A DNA stretch of 59,098 bases, filler included. It is 4 parts of 4 records of this genome, joined end to end, with 100 filler letters (N's around TTAATTAATTAA, not from the genome) between each part and the next. Parts side by side here need not be neighbours in the genome. Positions count along the whole stretch, not along the records: positions 36,569 to 59,098 come from SRR31156797_6706; 3 more parts are not named here. One strand, given 5' to 3'. Below are positions 36,569-49,175 of the stretch, one piece after another. Position 1 is the stretch's first letter. Each line of letters begins with the position of its first letter. The translations under genes were made by a program, and so were the position numbers. The notes under the pieces are model-generated. The model had not been told where the DNA came from and made no database searches. It saw only the letters and a program-made list of their open reading frames with translations.

Positions 36569-38336
36569 ACCTCAATCTGAAACTGTTTGGAGACAAGCTG
36601 ATAAATATCACGTTCCACGTATTGCATTTGTAAATAAAATGGACCGTACAGGAGCTGACTTTTTCAGCGTAGTGAACCAAATGAGGGAAAAACTTCACGC
36701 TAATCCTGTGCCAATTGTAATTCCTATTGGTTCAGAGGAAAAGTTCAGAGGTATTGTTGACCTTATTGAAAATAAAGCAATTGTTTGGGTAGACGATCAG
36801 GAGATGGGTACAAACTATGAATATATAGATGTACCTGAAGATATGTCAGACGAAGTTGAAGAATGGAGAACAAATCTAATTGAGGCAATTGCTGAAACTG
36901 ATGATTCAATTCTAGAAAGATATTTTGAAGATCCTGATTCACTAACAATTGAAGAATTAAAAAATACCATTAGAAAAGCCACAATTGATCAGGTTATTAC
37001 ACCTGTGATGTGTGGTTCAGCATTTAAGAATAAAGGTGTTCAAAGATTATTGGATGCTGTCGCAGCATATTTACCAAGCCCTCTTGATATACCTCAGGTT
37101 TCAGGTACTGATCCTGATGATGCAGAAAAAGAACTTATCAGAAAAACTAGCGATGATGAGCCATTGGCAGCATTAGCATTTAAAATTGCTACTGATCCAT
37201 ACGTTGGTCGTTTATGTTTTATGCGTATCTATTCTGGAGTTTTAAAAGCTGGCGATCAGGTTCTTAATGTTAGAACAGGTAAAAAAGAACGTATCTCACG
37301 TCTTTTCCAAATGCACGCTAACAAACAAAACCCAATCGAACAGGTTGGTGCTGGCGAAATTGTTGCAGGTGTTGGATTTAAAGCAATACGTACAGGAGAT
37401 ACATTAAGTGCTACAAATAGCCCTATTGCATTGGAGCAAATGGATTTCCCGGATCCTGTTATCTCCGTAGCTATTGAGCCTAAGACTCAAGCTGATGTGG
37501 ATAAATTGGATGTGGCTCTTGCAAAATTAGCTGAAGAGGATCCAACATTCCAGGTTAGAACTGATCACGATTCAGGCCAAACTATTATTAGTGGAATGGG
37601 TGAACTTCACCTTGAGATTATTATTGATCGTTTGAAACGTGAATTTAAGGTTGAAGCTAACCAGGGTGAACCTCAAGTTAAATACAAAGAGGCAATTACT
37701 CAAGCAGTAGAACATCGTGAGGTGTTTAAAAAACAAACTGGTGGACGTGGAAAATTTGCGGATATTCAAGTTAGAATTGAACCAGGTGACTCAGAAAAGC
37801 CAGGACTAGAATTCATTGATGAAATTAAAGGGGGTAATATTCCACGTGAATATATTCCATCTGTTGAAAAAGGTTTCAAAGAAGCTATGCTTAATGGACC
37901 ATTAGCAGGATTCTCAATGGATAGTTTAAAAGTAACATTACTTGATGGATCATACCATGCTGTCGATTCAGATCAGCTTTCATTTGAGGTTTGTGCAAAA
38001 CAAGCATTCAAAGCAGCTGCATCTAAAGCAAAACCAATTCTTATGGAACCTGTAATGGCTGCTGAAGTTGTTACTCCAGAAGAATATATGGGAGATATTA
38101 TCAGTGACTTTAACAAACGTAGAGGTAATGTTGAAGCAATGGACGAAAAAGCAGGTGCAAGAGTTGTAAAAGCGAAAGTACCATTAGCTGAGAAATTTGG
38201 TTACGTAACAGTTTTACGTACTATTTCTTCAGGACGTGCAACTTCAACAATGGAATTTTCTCATTACGAGCAAGTACCTAATAATATTGCATTAGACGTA
38301 CTTGATAAAGTAAAAGGAAGAACAGATCTATTATAA
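36569..38336 (+). CDS. fusA: Elongation factor G (5' truncated)
   Basis: Frame is open from the contig edge ([18 protein letters not shown]); [15 protein letters not shown]. Confidence 0.98.
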
Positions 38337-38349
38337 ATAACAGGAGAAT

Positions 38350-38655
38350 ATGAGCCAAAAAATTCGTATCAAACTCAAGTCGTATGACCATAATTTGGTT
38401 GATAAATCGGCTGAGAAGATCGTGAAGACGGTAAAAACTACCGGTGCGGTGGTAAGTGGCCCTATTCCGCTTCCAACACGTAAGCGTATTTTTACCGTAT
38501 TGCGTTCAACATTTGTGAACAAAAAATCTCGCGAGCAATTTGAATTGTCTTCGTACAAGCGTTTGCTCGACATTTACAGTTCAACAGCAAAAACCATTGA
38601 TGCTTTAATGAAGCTTGAACTTCCTAGTGGAGTTGAAGTAGAAATTAAAGTGTGA
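38350..38655 (+). CDS. rpsJ: 30S ribosomal protein S10
   Basis: [17 protein letters not shown]. Confidence 0.98.
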   Translation: MSQKIRIKLKSYDHNLVDKSAEKIVKTVKTTGAVVSGPIPLPTRKRIFTVLRSTFVNKKSREQFELSSYKRLLDIYSSTAKTIDALMKLELPSGVEVEIKV

Positions 38656-38670
38656 TAATTAAAACAGATT

Positions 38671-39288
38671 ATGGCTGGATTAATTGGAAAAAAAATCGGA
38701 ATGACATCGGTTTTCAGTGCCGAGGGAAAAAATCTTCCATGCACTGTGATCGAAGCTGGACCCTGTGTAGTAACACAGGTGAAAACCGTTGATAACGACG
38801 GTTATGAAGCACTACAACTCGGGTTTGAGGACAAGAAAGAAAAAAGTTCTAACAAACCGGAGCTTGGACACTTTAAGAAAGCTAACGCTACACCTAAAAG
38901 ACGTCTTGTTGAATTTACAACTTTCAATGGCGATTATAAATTAGGCGATGTAGTTAATGTTGAGCTTTTCAAAGATGATACTTGGGTTGATGTAACCGGT
39001 ATTTCTAAAGGTAAAGGATTTCAGGGTGTTGTAAAACGCCATGGATTTCGTGGAGTAAACGATGCTACTCACGGACAGCATAACCGTATGAGAGCACCCG
39101 GTTCAATTGGAGCATCATCGGATCCTTCAAAAGTTTTCAAAGGTATGAGGATGGCCGGTCGTACCGGTGGCCAAAAAGTTAAGGTTTTGAGCCTTAGAGT
39201 TATTAAAATTATTCCTGAAAGCAACCTTCTTATTGTTAAAGGTTCTGTGCCAGGAGCAAAAGGATCATACTTAATAATCGAGAACTAA
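38671..39288 (+). CDS. rplC: 50S ribosomal protein L3
   Basis: [15 protein letters not shown]. Confidence 0.98.
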   Translation: MAGLIGKKIGMTSVFSAEGKNLPCTVIEAGPCVVTQVKTVDNDGYEALQLGFEDKKEKSSNKPELGHFKKANATPKRRLVEFTTFNGDYKLGDVVNVELFKDDTWVDVTGISKGKGFQGVVKRHGFRGVNDATHGQHNRMRAPGSIGASSDPSKVFKGMRMAGRTGGQKVKVLSLRVIKIIPESNLLIVKGSVPGAKGSYLIIEN

Positions 39289-39917
39289 TGGAAGTAGTAG
39301 TAAAAAATATTTCAGGAAAAGACACTGGTCGTAAAGTGGAATTGAAAGATTCTATTTTTGGCATTGAGCCAAACGATCATGCAATCTACCTGGACGTTAA
39401 AGGCCATATGGCCAACAAACGCCAAGGTACGCACAAAGCAAAAGAGCGTGCAGAAATCGTTGGTAGCACTAAAAAACTGAAAAGACAAAAAGGAACAGGA
39501 ACTGCCCGTGCTGGTAGCATAAAGTCTCCACTTTTCAGAGGTGGTGGTCGTGTATTCGGACCAAGACCAAGAAACTACAGCGAAAAAGTCAATAAAAAAG
39601 TGAAATTATTGGCTCGTAAATCAGCCCTTAGCTATAAAGCAAAAGAGAACCAGATTATTGTTATTGAGGACTTTAGTATGGAACAACCTAAAACTAAAGA
39701 ATTCACAAATATTCTTAATAATCTGAAAATTAGTGATAAAAAGTCACTATTTGTACTTGCCGAATCAAATAAAAATATATATTTGTCGGCGCGAAATTTG
39801 CCTCAGTCTCAAGTAGTTGAGGAAAATGGGTTGATGACATACAATATCCTCAATACCAATACTTTAGTGTTGACAGAGGGTATGGTAAAACGTATTGAAG
39901 AAGTTTTTGAAAAATAG
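39288..39917 (+). CDS. rplD: 50S ribosomal protein L4
   Basis: [15 protein letters not shown]. Confidence 0.98.
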   Translation: MEVVVKNISGKDTGRKVELKDSIFGIEPNDHAIYLDVKGHMANKRQGTHKAKERAEIVGSTKKLKRQKGTGTARAGSIKSPLFRGGGRVFGPRPRNYSEKVNKKVKLLARKSALSYKAKENQIIVIEDFSMEQPKTKEFTNILNNLKISDKKSLFVLAESNKNIYLSARNLPQSQVVEENGLMTYNILNTNTLVLTEGMVKRIEEVFEK

Positions 39918-39925
39918 TAGAAGCA

Positions 39926-40216
39926 ATGGAAATTTTGAAAAAGCCTATCATTACAGAGAAGATGACTGCCAAAACGGAAAGTCTGAATCAATATGGCTTT
40001 GTAGTTGATGTAAGAGCTACTAAAGGTCAGATTCGTCAGGCAGTTGAGCAAATGTATGAAGTAAAGGTCGACTCTGTAAACACTATGCGCTATGGTGGTC
40101 GTCTTCAAATGAGGTACACCAAAGCTGGTGTTGTTACTGGTCGTAAACCAGCCTTCAAAAAGGCGATCGTTACATTGCAAGAAGGACAAACAATCGATTT
40201 TTACAGCAATATCTAA
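39926..40216 (+). CDS. rplW: 50S ribosomal protein L23
   Basis: PIITEK, KKAIVTL. Confidence 0.97.
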   Translation: MEILKKPIITEKMTAKTESLNQYGFVVDVRATKGQIRQAVEQMYEVKVDSVNTMRYGGRLQMRYTKAGVVTGRKPAFKKAIVTLQEGQTIDFYSNI

Positions 40217-40225
40217 AATTGAAAG

Positions 40226-41050
40226 ATGGGATTAAGAAAACTTAAACCTGTTACACCAGGACAAAGACACAAGATTGTGAGTAACTTTGATATGGTTACC
40301 ACATCCACACCTGAAAAGTCATTGTTAAGGCCCAAGAAAAAGTCCGGAGGTCGTAATAACCAAGGACGCATGACAATGAGATATATAGGTGGAGGCCATA
40401 AACAGAAATATCGTGTAATTGACTTCCTTCGTGATAAAGAAGGCGTAGAAGGCACGGTAAAGACTGTTGAATATGATCCAAATCGTACAGCGCGTATCGC
40501 TTTAGTAGAGTATACTGATGGCGAGAAACGCTACATTATTGCACCTAACGGTATTCAAGTAGATCAAAAAATCAGTTCAGGAAAAGGAATTGCTCCTGAA
40601 GTTGGTAATTCACTCTACTTATCAGATATACCTTTAGGAACCATTATTCATGCCATCGAACTTAAACCAGGTGGCGGTGCAATACTAGCCAGGAGTGCAG
40701 GAACTTATGCACAGTTGGTGTCGAGAGAAGGAAAATATGCCTCTATTAAATTACCTTCAGGTGAAGTTAGATTAGTATTGACCACTTGCAAGGCTACTAT
40801 CGGTTCAGTTTCGAACCCGGATCATAGCCTTGAAAGATCAGGAAAAGCGGGAAGAAGCCGCTGGAAAGGAAGACGCCCTCGAGTACGTGGAGTAGTAATG
40901 AACCCTGTAGATCACCCAATGGGTGGTGGAGAAGGTCGTTCAAGTGGAGGACACCCACGTTCACGTAACGGACTTATGGCTAAAGGTTATAAAACCCGTA
41001 AGCCTAAAAAGTATTCAAACAAGTTTATTGTTGAGCGTCGTAAAAAATAA
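40226..41050 (+). CDS. rplB: 50S ribosomal protein L2
   Basis: [21 protein letters not shown]. Confidence 0.98.
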   Translation: MGLRKLKPVTPGQRHKIVSNFDMVTTSTPEKSLLRPKKKSGGRNNQGRMTMRYIGGGHKQKYRVIDFLRDKEGVEGTVKTVEYDPNRTARIALVEYTDGEKRYIIAPNGIQVDQKISSGKGIAPEVGNSLYLSDIPLGTIIHAIELKPGGGAILARSAGTYAQLVSREGKYASIKLPSGEVRLVLTTCKATIGSVSNPDHSLERSGKAGRSRWKGRRPRVRGVVMNPVDHPMGGGEGRSSGGHPRSRNGLMAKGYKTRKPKKYSNKFIVERRKK

Positions 41051-41067
41051 TGAATAACTGAGAAGAT

Positions 41068-41334
41068 ATGAGTAGATCATTAAAAAAAGGCCCTTTTATC
41101 GATTATAAGCTAGAGCGTAAAGTTCTTAAAATGAACGAAGGAACTAAAAAGACGGTTATTAAAACCTGGGCTCGTGCTTCAATGATATCGCCGGATTTTG
41201 TAGGGCACACCATTGCCGTTCACAATGGTAATAAATTTATTCCTGTATACATCACTGAAAACATGGTGGGACACAAATTAGGTGAATTTGCACCAACTCG
41301 TCAGTTCCGCGGACACGGTGGTAAACAGCGATAA
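41068..41334 (+). CDS. rpsS: 30S ribosomal protein S19
   Basis: [19 protein letters not shown]. Confidence 0.98.
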   Translation: MSRSLKKGPFIDYKLERKVLKMNEGTKKTVIKTWARASMISPDFVGHTIAVHNGNKFIPVYITENMVGHKLGEFAPTRQFRGHGGKQR

Positions 41335-41353
41335 TTAAAAAACGATAGAAACA

Positions 41354-41764
41354 ATGGGTGCAAAAAAGAGAATACGAGCAGAAAAACTAAAAGAAGAACG
41401 GAAAAACCGTTACTATGCCGTTCTACGCAATTGTCCAACCTCACCTCGTAAAATGAGATTGGTTGTAGATTTGATTCGTGGAGTTGAAGTAAATGAAGCA
41501 CTTGATATCCTAAGATATACACCAAAAGAAGCTGCCAGAAGAGTTGAAAAATTGCTTAAAAGTGCAATTGCTAACTGGGAGAATAAAAACGAAGGTGTAC
41601 GTCTTGAAGAAGCTAATCTTTTTGTAAAAGAAGCTTATGTGGATTCAGCAAGAATTTTAAAACGCTTACGCCCTGCGCCACAAGGTCGTGCGCACAGAAT
41701 CAGAAAGCGTTCAAACCACGTGACAATTGTATTGGATAGTTATAATCAAACTGAAAAAGAGTAA
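41354..41764 (+). CDS. rplV: 50S ribosomal protein L22
   Basis: [15 protein letters not shown]. Confidence 0.97.
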   Translation: MGAKKRIRAEKLKEERKNRYYAVLRNCPTSPRKMRLVVDLIRGVEVNEALDILRYTPKEAARRVEKLLKSAIANWENKNEGVRLEEANLFVKEAYVDSARILKRLRPAPQGRAHRIRKRSNHVTIVLDSYNQTEKE

Positions 41765-41769
41765 ATTCA

Positions 41770-42465
41770 ATGGGACAAAAAACTAATCCAATAGGAAATA
41801 GATTAGGATACATCAGAGGATGGGAATCTAACTGGTTTGGCGGAGCACGTCAAGAAGAAAAACTAGTTGAAGATAACAAAATCAGAACGTATCTTAAAGC
41901 ACGTTTAGCTAAAGCAAGTATTTCAAGAATAGTTCTTGAAAGAACCCTTAAGTTAATCACAATTACAATACATACTGCCCGTCCGGGTATTATTATTGGT
42001 AAAGGTGGTCAGGAAGTTGACAAATTGAAAGAGGAGTTGAAAAAACTGACCAAAAAAGAAGTACAAATCAACATTTTTGAAATTAAACGCCCTGAGCTTG
42101 ATGCTACGTTAGTTGCTAACAATATTGCACGTCAATTAGAAGGACGCGTATCATACCGTCGTGCTATTAAAATGGCAATTGCATCATCTCTTAGAATGGG
42201 GGCCCTTGGTATAAAAGTACAAATTAGCGGACGTTTAGGTGGTGCAGAAATGGCACGTACCGAAACATACAAAGAAGGTCGTATTCCTTTGCATACACTT
42301 CGCGCTGATATCGATTATGCTTTGGGTGAAGCACTTACTAAAGTTGGGTTGCTAGGTGTGAAAGTGTGGATTTTTAAAGGTGAAGTTTTCGGTAAAAGAG
42401 ACCTTTCTCCTAATGTAGGACAGGCAAATAACCGTAAAACTGGTGGTAAAAGAAGAAAGAAGTAA
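41770..42465 (+). CDS. rpsC: 30S ribosomal protein S3
   Basis: [17 protein letters not shown]. Confidence 0.98.
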   Translation: MGQKTNPIGNRLGYIRGWESNWFGGARQEEKLVEDNKIRTYLKARLAKASISRIVLERTLKLITITIHTARPGIIIGKGGQEVDKLKEELKKLTKKEVQINIFEIKRPELDATLVANNIARQLEGRVSYRRAIKMAIASSLRMGALGIKVQISGRLGGAEMARTETYKEGRIPLHTLRADIDYALGEALTKVGLLGVKVWIFKGEVFGKRDLSPNVGQANNRKTGGKRRKK

Positions 42466-42484
42466 CTTTTAAATTGTAGTAGAA

Positions 42485-42904
42485 ATGTTACAACCAAAAA
42501 AGACGAAACACCGTAGAGTCCAGAAAGGAAGAATGAAAGGTAATGCCCAAAGAGGTAACCAACTTGCGTTTGGTTCATTTGGAATTAAAACCTTAGAAAG
42601 TCACTGGATTACCGGTCGCCAAATAGAAGCTGCCAGGGTTGCAGTGACAAGATATATGCAACGCCAAGGTCAAACTTGGATCCGTATTTTTCCTGATAAA
42701 CCAATATCTAAAAAACCTGCAGAGGTTCGTATGGGTAAAGGTAAAGGAGCGCCGGAAGGCTTTGTAGCACCTGTAACACCAGGTCGTATAATTATTGAAG
42801 CAGAAGGTGTACCATTGCACATTGCTAAAGAAGCGTTACGTTTAGCGGCACAAAAATTGCCGGTACGTACCAAATTTGTAGTACGTAGAGATTACGTAGA
42901 ATAA
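42485..42904 (+). CDS. rplP: 50S ribosomal protein L16
   Basis: RIFPDKP, RMGKGKG. Confidence 0.98.
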   Translation: MLQPKKTKHRRVQKGRMKGNAQRGNQLAFGSFGIKTLESHWITGRQIEAARVAVTRYMQRQGQTWIRIFPDKPISKKPAEVRMGKGKGAPEGFVAPVTPGRIIIEAEGVPLHIAKEALRLAAQKLPVRTKFVVRRDYVE

Positions 42905-42921
42905 AATTAAGATTTTGTGCT

Positions 42922-43125
42922 ATGAAAATGTCAGAAGTTAAAGAATTGACGGATAAGGAGCTATTAGAACGTATCGAGGATACACAAAATATGCTCACAA
43001 GATTGAAACTGAACCATGCAGTATCACCTCTGGAGAATCCAAACCAGATTAAGAATGTACGTAAAGATGTTGCTCGTTTACTTACTGAAAAAAGTCAACG
43101 AGAAATTAATAAAACAAACGAATAA
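42922..43125 (+). CDS. rpmC: 50S ribosomal protein L29
   Basis: LENPNQIK.VRKDVAR; synteny. Confidence 0.95.
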   Translation: MKMSEVKELTDKELLERIEDTQNMLTRLKLNHAVSPLENPNQIKNVRKDVARLLTEKSQREINKTNE

Positions 43126-43132
43126 TTTCTAG

Positions 43133-43393
43133 ATGATGGAAAAGAGAAATTTGCGTAAAGAACGTGTTGGTATTGTCGTTAGCGACAAAATGGAAAAATC
43201 CATCGTCGTGGCAGTACGTCGAAAAATGAGACATCCCATCTATGGTAAGTTTATTAACAAAACTTCAAAGTTTAAAGCCCATGATGAGGAGAATACATGT
43301 AATACAGGTGATGTTGTACGCATAATGGAGACACGTCCATTAAGCAAAACAAAAAACTGGAGATTAGTAGAAATAATTGAAAGAGCTAAGTAA
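43133..43393 (+). CDS. rpsQ: 30S ribosomal protein S17
   Basis: [17 protein letters not shown]. Confidence 0.97.
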   Translation: MMEKRNLRKERVGIVVSDKMEKSIVVAVRRKMRHPIYGKFINKTSKFKAHDEENTCNTGDVVRIMETRPLSKTKNWRLVEIIERAK

Positions 43394-43395
43394 CC

Positions 43396-43761
43396 ATGAT
43401 ACAAACCGAATCAAGATTAGCAGTTGCCGATAATAGTGGTGCTAAAGAAGTGCTTTGCATCGGTGTGCTTGGTGGCTCAAAAAAGAAGTACGCAAGCATT
43501 GGTGACCAAATTATGGTTACTGTAAAAAATGCATTGCCTTCTGGCGAAATGAAAAAAGGTACTATTAGTCGTGCTATTGTGGTGCGTACTAAAAAAGAAG
43601 TTCGTCGTCCTGATGGTTCATATATCAGATTCGATGATAATGCATGTGTCCTTTTAAATGCTGCCGGAGAAATTAGAGGAACTCGTATTTTCGGGCCAAT
43701 TCCTCGTGAGCTGCGTGAGAGAAATATGAAAATTGTTTCATTGGCACCAGAAGTTTTATAA
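43396..43761 (+). CDS. rplN: 50S ribosomal protein L14
   Basis: ADNSGAK, SLAPEVL. Confidence 0.98.
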   Translation: MIQTESRLAVADNSGAKEVLCIGVLGGSKKKYASIGDQIMVTVKNALPSGEMKKGTISRAIVVRTKKEVRRPDGSYIRFDDNACVLLNAAGEIRGTRIFGPIPRELRERNMKIVSLAPEVL

Positions 43762-43772
43762 AAATTAAAGCC

Positions 43773-44096
43773 ATGCGTAAGAAACTACATATTAAAAAAG
43801 GAGACACAGTCTTTGTAAACTCTGGCGAGTCCAAAGGTCAAAAAGGACGTGTCCTTGAAGTGGATGTTAAAAAAGAGCGTGCGATTGTGGAAGGCGTTAA
43901 TATGATGTCGAAACACACAAAACCAAATGCTGACAATCCTAATGGCGGAATCGTTAAAAAAGAAGCTTCAATTCACATTTCGAATTTGATGCTTTTAGAT
44001 CCAAAATCAGGAGAGCCAACAAGAATTGGTCGCAAGCTTGATGATAAAAACAAATTGGTACGTTATTCCAAAAAATCAGGAGAGGAGATCAAATAA
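43773..44096 (+). CDS. rplX: 50S ribosomal protein L24
   Basis: IKKGDTV KOW motif, EASIHISN. Confidence 0.97.
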   Translation: MRKKLHIKKGDTVFVNSGESKGQKGRVLEVDVKKERAIVEGVNMMSKHTKPNADNPNGGIVKKEASIHISNLMLLDPKSGEPTRIGRKLDDKNKLVRYSKKSGEEIK

Positions 44097-44653
44097 TGGC
44101 TTACGTTCCGAATTTAGAAAAGAAATACAAAGACGAAATCGTACCTGCTCTAATGAAAGAGTTTAGTTACACTAGCATTATGCAGGTACCGAGATTGGAA
44201 AAAATCGTTATCAACCAGGGTGTTGGTCAAGCGGTAGGAGATAAGAAAATTGTTGAAAATGCACAGAATGAATTATCTGCAATAGCTGGTCAAAAAGCAA
44301 TTCAGACAATTTCAAAAGTGGATATTTCCAATTTTAAGTTAAGAAAAGGTATGCCAATTGGTGTTACTGTTACTCTTCGTCGTGATAAAATGTATGAGTT
44401 TTTAGATAGACTTATTTCTATCTCTTTACCTCGTATTAGAGACTTTAAGGGAGTTAACTCAAAGTTAGATGGACGTGGTAATTACTCATTAGGTATTACT
44501 GAACAAATTATTTTTCCGGAAATTGATATTGATAAAATCAATCATATTCTTGGAATGGATATTACTTTTGTGACAAGTGCTCCAACTGATGAAGAGGGAT
44601 ATGCACTATTGAAGCATTTTGGTATTCCATTTAAAAACGCTAAAAAGAATTAG
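44096..44653 (+). CDS. rplE: 50S ribosomal protein L5
   Basis: [14 protein letters not shown]. Confidence 0.98.
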   Translation: MAYVPNLEKKYKDEIVPALMKEFSYTSIMQVPRLEKIVINQGVGQAVGDKKIVENAQNELSAIAGQKAIQTISKVDISNFKLRKGMPIGVTVTLRRDKMYEFLDRLISISLPRIRDFKGVNSKLDGRGNYSLGITEQIIFPEIDIDKINHILGMDITFVTSAPTDEEGYALLKHFGIPFKNAKKN

Positions 44654-44656
44654 GTT

Positions 44657-44926
44657 ATGGCTAAAGAATCAATGAAAGCGAGAGAGAGAAAACGCGCTAA
44701 ACTCGTAGCTAAGTATGCCGAAAAACGTGCGCGCTTGAAAGCTGAAGGTGATTACGAAGGGTTGCAGAAATTACCTAAAAACGCATCACCGGTTCGTTTG
44801 CATAACCGTTGCCAATTAACCGGAAGACCAAAAGGATATATGCGTCAGTTTGGAATTAGTAGAATTAATTTCCGCGAAATGGCCAATAACGGTCTTATCC
44901 CTGGAATTAAAAAAGCAAGTTGGTAA
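44657..44926 (+). CDS. rpsN: 30S ribosomal protein S14 (89-aa, non-zinc type)
   Basis: [20 protein letters not shown]. Confidence 0.97.
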   Translation: MAKESMKARERKRAKLVAKYAEKRARLKAEGDYEGLQKLPKNASPVRLHNRCQLTGRPKGYMRQFGISRINFREMANNGLIPGIKKASW

Positions 44927-44945
44927 TATTTAAATTTGAAGAGAA

Positions 44946-45344
44946 ATGATTACTGATCCAATAGGTGATTTTTTAACACGAGTACGCAACGCGTCAATGG
45001 CTAAACACAAAGTAGTAGAAGTTCCCGCTTCTAATATGCGAAAAGCAATTACTAAAATTCTTTTCGATCAAGGCTATATCTTGAATTATAAATTCGAAGA
45101 TAAAGGGCCTCGCGGAACTATCAAAATTGCTTTAAAGTATAATAAAGATACTAAAGAGCCTGTAATTAAAGATTTACAACGCGTTAGTCGCCCTGGTTTG
45201 CGTAAGTACGCAGGAACACAGGAAATACCTCGTATTTTGAACGGTCTTGGAATCGCTATCCTTTCAACATCGAAAGGCGTAATGATTGACAAAGAAGCCC
45301 GCAGAAACAATACGGGAGGTGAAGTTTTATGTTACGTATATTAA
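44946..45344 (+). CDS. rpsH: 30S ribosomal protein S8
   Basis: DPIGDFLTRVRN, SRPGLRKY. Confidence 0.98.
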   Translation: MITDPIGDFLTRVRNASMAKHKVVEVPASNMRKAITKILFDQGYILNYKFEDKGPRGTIKIALKYNKDTKEPVIKDLQRVSRPGLRKYAGTQEIPRILNGLGIAILSTSKGVMIDKEARRNNTGGEVLCYVY

Positions 45345-45356
45345 AAAAGTAAAGAA

Positions 45357-45914
45357 ATGTCACGAATAGGTAAATTGCCAATTACTATACCTGAGGGAGT
45401 AACAGTTCAAATTGATAAAAACAATATTGTAACTGTGAAAGGGCCGAAAGGCGAATTGTATCAGGAGGTTAAAGGCGGAATTGAAGTAAAAGTTGAAGAT
45501 AACACTATTACTTTAATTCGTCCTAGCGAATCAAAAGAACAGCGTTCTATGCATGGGCTTTACCGTTCCCTTTTAAATAATATGGTCGAAGGTGTATCCA
45601 AAGGCTACAAAATCGAATTAGAGCTTGTAGGTGTTGGTTACCGTGCTGAAAATAATGGCCAAATGTTAGAACTTAGTATCGGGTATTCTCATAATGTTTA
45701 TTTTGAGCTACCTGAAGAAGTAAAGGTAACGGCGAAAACAGAAAAAAGATCTAACCCATTTGTAACGCTTGAAAGTTGCGATAAGCAATTAATCGGACAA
45801 GTGGCTGCTAAAATCCGCTCATTGCGTAAACCAGAACCTTACAAAGGAAAAGGTATTAAGTTTGTAGGTGAAGTGATTCGCAGAAAAGCAGGTAAATCTG
45901 CAGCAAGTGTGTAA
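45357..45914 (+). CDS. rplF: 50S ribosomal protein L6
   Basis: MSRIGKLP, PEPYKGKG. Confidence 0.98.
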   Translation: MSRIGKLPITIPEGVTVQIDKNNIVTVKGPKGELYQEVKGGIEVKVEDNTITLIRPSESKEQRSMHGLYRSLLNNMVEGVSKGYKIELELVGVGYRAENNGQMLELSIGYSHNVYFELPEEVKVTAKTEKRSNPFVTLESCDKQLIGQVAAKIRSLRKPEPYKGKGIKFVGEVIRRKAGKSAASV

Positions 45915-45932
45915 TGATTTAAAATAGGAATT

Positions 45933-46289
45933 ATGGCTTTCGATAAGCAGAAGAGAAGATTAAAAATCAAGAAAAGCATCCGGAAGAAAATTTTTGGAAC
46001 TCCGGAAATGCCACGTATGTCTGTATACCGCAGTAATAAACATATTAGCGTACAAGTTATAGACGATGTTAATAGCCAGACTTTAGTAGCTGCCAGCTCA
46101 AGAGATAAAGAACTTGCAGAAGCTAAAGGTAATAAAAGCGAAATTGCTACAGCAGTTGGAGAGCGTATCGCTAAGATAGCTGTTGAGAAAGGCATTGAAA
46201 AAATAGTTTTCGATCGAAATGGTTTCTTATATCATGGTAGAGTGAAAGCTTTAGCTGAAGGTGCCAGAAAAGGAGGATTAAAATTTTAA
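45933..46289 (+). CDS. rplR: 50S ribosomal protein L18
   Basis: [20 protein letters not shown]. Confidence 0.97.
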   Translation: MAFDKQKRRLKIKKSIRKKIFGTPEMPRMSVYRSNKHISVQVIDDVNSQTLVAASSRDKELAEAKGNKSEIATAVGERIAKIAVEKGIEKIVFDRNGFLYHGRVKALAEGARKGGLKF

Positions 46290-46293
46290 GCTT

Positions 46294-46806
46294 ATGTCAG
46301 GAATAAGAAGAATCAAAACGAGCGATTTAGAATTAAAGGACCGTCTTGTTGCCATTAATCGTGTAACTAAAGTAACCAAGGGTGGACGCACATTTAGTTT
46401 TGCGGCTATCGTGGTTGTTGGTAACGAAAATGGTATTGTTGGTCATGGGCTTGGAAAAGCAGGCGAGGTAACTACCGCTATTTCAAAAGCTATCGAAGAC
46501 GCTAAAAAGAACCTGGTTAAAGTTCCAATCATTAATGATACTATTCCTCACGAGCAAATTGCGCGTTATGGTGGAGCTCATGTATTAATGAGACCTGCTT
46601 CAAGTGGTACCGGAGTTAAAGCCGGTGGTGCGATGCGTGCAGTGCTTGAGAGCGTTGGAGTAAAAGATGTATTGGCCAAATCAAAAGGTTCTTCAAACCC
46701 TCACAATGTTGTAAAAGCAACGTTAAAAGGTTTAATGGAAATGCGTGATGCATATACCGTAGCCAATGAAAGAGGTGTTTCGCTTGAAAAAGTTTTTAAC
46801 GGATAG
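46294..46806 (+). CDS. rpsE: 30S ribosomal protein S5
   Basis: [18 protein letters not shown]. Confidence 0.98.
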   Translation: MSGIRRIKTSDLELKDRLVAINRVTKVTKGGRTFSFAAIVVVGNENGIVGHGLGKAGEVTTAISKAIEDAKKNLVKVPIINDTIPHEQIARYGGAHVLMRPASSGTGVKAGGAMRAVLESVGVKDVLAKSKGSSNPHNVVKATLKGLMEMRDAYTVANERGVSLEKVFNG

Positions 46807-46818
46807 AAATCTAGAATC

Positions 46819-47001
46819 ATGGCTAAAATCAGAATAACACAAACACGAAGTAAAATTGGCTCTACACAACGTCAGAAAAAAACGATTGATGCTTTGGGTT
46901 TGAAACGAATTCGTCATACTGTTGAACACGAAGATAATCAAGTGATTCGCGGTATGATTAAGAAGGTAGAGCATTTGGTAACAATTGAAGAAATCAATTA
47001 A
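46819..47001 (+). CDS. rpmD: 50S ribosomal protein L30
   Basis: RSKIG..QK.T..ALGL; synteny. Confidence 0.96.
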   Translation: MAKIRITQTRSKIGSTQRQKKTIDALGLKRIRHTVEHEDNQVIRGMIKKVEHLVTIEEIN

Positions 47002-47012
47002 ATTTTGATGAT

Positions 47013-47456
47013 ATGGATTTAAGTAACCTGAAACCGGCACAGAAAAGTAAGGATTCAAAACGTCTTGGAAGAGGCGAGGGTTCTGGGTACGGTGACACAG
47101 CCGCTAGAGGGCATAAAGGAGCAAAATCTCGTTCAGGATACTCCAAAAAGATCGGGTTCGAAGGAGGTCAAATGCCGATTCAACGTCGTGTACCAAAATT
47201 CGGTTTTCATAACCGTGGTCGCGTTGAGTACAAAGCTATTAACCTTAGTACACTCGAGACTTTAGCAGAAAAGTACAGCCTTGATACTATCGATAAAGCA
47301 GTATTGGTAGAAAAAGGTCTGGCTTCAACTAATGAACTTATTAAAATTCTTGGAAACGGAAGTTTAACAAAAAAATTAACCGTTAAAGCTGATGCATTTT
47401 CAAAATCAGCTAAGGAAGCAATTGAAGCACAAGAAGGAACCGCAGAAAAAATTTGA
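47013..47456 (+). CDS. rplO: 50S ribosomal protein L15
   Basis: RLGRGEGSG, GFEGGQMP. Confidence 0.97.
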   Translation: MDLSNLKPAQKSKDSKRLGRGEGSGYGDTAARGHKGAKSRSGYSKKIGFEGGQMPIQRRVPKFGFHNRGRVEYKAINLSTLETLAEKYSLDTIDKAVLVEKGLASTNELIKILGNGSLTKKLTVKADAFSKSAKEAIEAQEGTAEKI

Positions 47457-47459
47457 TGA

Positions 47460-48791
47460 ATGAAACGTTTTATTGAAACAATCAAAAACATTTGGAGAAT
47501 TGAGGATTTGCGTAATCGAATCCTAACAACATTAGGTCTTTTGCTTGTTTATCGTTTAGGGGCACATGTTGTATTACCTGGAGTAAATCCAAACATGCTT
47601 GATAATTTGCAACAGCAAACTTCAAGCGGAGTAATGGGGTTGCTGGATATGTTCTCCGGTGGTGCATTTTCTAATGCCTCTATTTTCGCTTTGGGTATTA
47701 TGCCCTATATCTCAGCATCGATTGTAGTACAGTTATTGGGTATGGCTATTCCATATTTCCAAAGACTACAGCGCGAAGGTGAGAGCGGACGTAGAAAAAT
47801 TAATCAAATTACTCGTTACCTTACTGTTATCATTCTTTTATTACAAGCACCAGGATATATTGCAAACTTGCATGCGCAGTTACCTCCTGAAGCATTTATG
47901 CTTAAGGGAACATATTTTACCATATCATCAGTAATTATACTGACTGCCGGTACTATGTTTGTAATGTGGCTTGGAGAAAGAATTACTGACAGAGGTATCG
48001 GAAATGGTATATCTCTAATCATTATGATCGGAATTATTGCACGGTTACCGTTCTCGCTTGTAGCTGAGTTCGGATCACGTGTTGAAGATCAAGGTGGTGG
48101 TTTAGTACTGTTTCTTGTAGAAATGATTATGCTTGGTGTTATTATCCTATTAACTATTTTGTTAGTACAAGGTACTCGTAAGATTCCTGTACAATATGCA
48201 AAAAGAATTGTAGGAAATAAGCAATACGGAGGTGTACGTCAATACATTCCTTTAAAAGTTAACGCATCTGGTGTAATGCCTATCATCTTTGCGCAGGCCC
48301 TTATGTTTGTGCCTGTTGTATTGGTAGGATTTGCTGATAGTGAAAGCTTAGGAGGACTTGGCGCTGCATTTGCTGATTATACAAGCTTAGTTTATAACAT
48401 TACATTCGCCTTACTAATTATTGGATTTACGTATTTCTATACAGCAATTACTGTGAATCCAAAACAAATGGCTGAGGATATGAAAAAGAATGGTGGTTTT
48501 ATACCAGGTGTTAAACCAGGTAAGAAAACAGTCGAATTTATCGATACCATTATGTCAAGAATTACGTTACCAGGTTCAATATTCCTGGCTATAGTAGCAG
48601 TTTTACCAGCTATAGCGGTTCTGGCTGGCGTAAACAATCAATTTGCCAACTTTTATGGAGGTACGTCCTTACTAATTATGGTTGGTGTAGTTCTTGATAC
48701 TTTACAGCAAATAGAAAGTCATTTATTAATGCGTCACTATGATGGTTTGTTGAAATCTGGACGTATTAAAGGCAAAAGATCTGTGATTTAA
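47460..48791 (+). CDS. secY: Preprotein translocase subunit SecY
   Basis: [32 protein letters not shown]. Confidence 0.98.
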   Translation: MKRFIETIKNIWRIEDLRNRILTTLGLLLVYRLGAHVVLPGVNPNMLDNLQQQTSSGVMGLLDMFSGGAFSNASIFALGIMPYISASIVVQLLGMAIPYFQRLQREGESGRRKINQITRYLTVIILLLQAPGYIANLHAQLPPEAFMLKGTYFTISSVIILTAGTMFVMWLGERITDRGIGNGISLIIMIGIIARLPFSLVAEFGSRVEDQGGGLVLFLVEMIMLGVIILLTILLVQGTRKIPVQYAKRIVGNKQYGGVRQYIPLKVNASGVMPIIFAQALMFVPVVLVGFADSESLGGLGAAFADYTSLVYNITFALLIIGFTYFYTAITVNPKQMAEDMKKNGGFIPGVKPGKKTVEFIDTIMSRITLPGSIFLAIVAVLPAIAVLAGVNNQFANFYGGTSLLIMVGVVLDTLQQIESHLLMRHYDGLLKSGRIKGKRSVI

Positions 48792-48801
48792 AAAAGGTAT
48801 T

Positions 48802-49023
48802 ATGGCAAAGCAACCATCAATTGAACAAGACGGAACTATAATTGAAGCTCTATCAAATGCAATGTTTAGAGTAGAGTTAGAAAATGGTCACGTTATTACA
48901 GCACACATCTCAGGAAAAATGAGAATGCATTATATTAAGATTCTTCCTGGAGATAGAGTGAAGGTGGAGATGTCGCCTTATGATTTAACCAAAGGTCGAA
49001 TTACTTTTCGATACAAAAATTAA
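48802..49023 (+). CDS. infA: Translation initiation factor IF-1
   Basis: [18 protein letters not shown]. Confidence 0.98.
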   Translation: MAKQPSIEQDGTIIEALSNAMFRVELENGHVITAHISGKMRMHYIKILPGDRVKVEMSPYDLTKGRITFRYKN

Positions 49024-49028
49024 GAAAA

Positions 49029-49145
49029 ATGAAAGTAAGAGCATCAGTAAAAAAGCGTAGTTCAACCAGCAAAATAGTGCGTCGAAAAGGACGACTTTAT
49101 GTGATAGATAAAAAGAATCCCAAATTCAAACAACGTCAGGGATAA
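49029..49145 (+). CDS. rpmJ: 50S ribosomal protein L36 (not in ORF track)
   Basis: [38 protein letters not shown], between infA and rpsM. Confidence 0.96.
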   Translation: MKVRASVKKRSSTSKIVRRKGRLYVIDKKNPKFKQRQG

Positions 49146-49175
49146 TTTAAATTAATAAAATTAAAGTAATAATAT

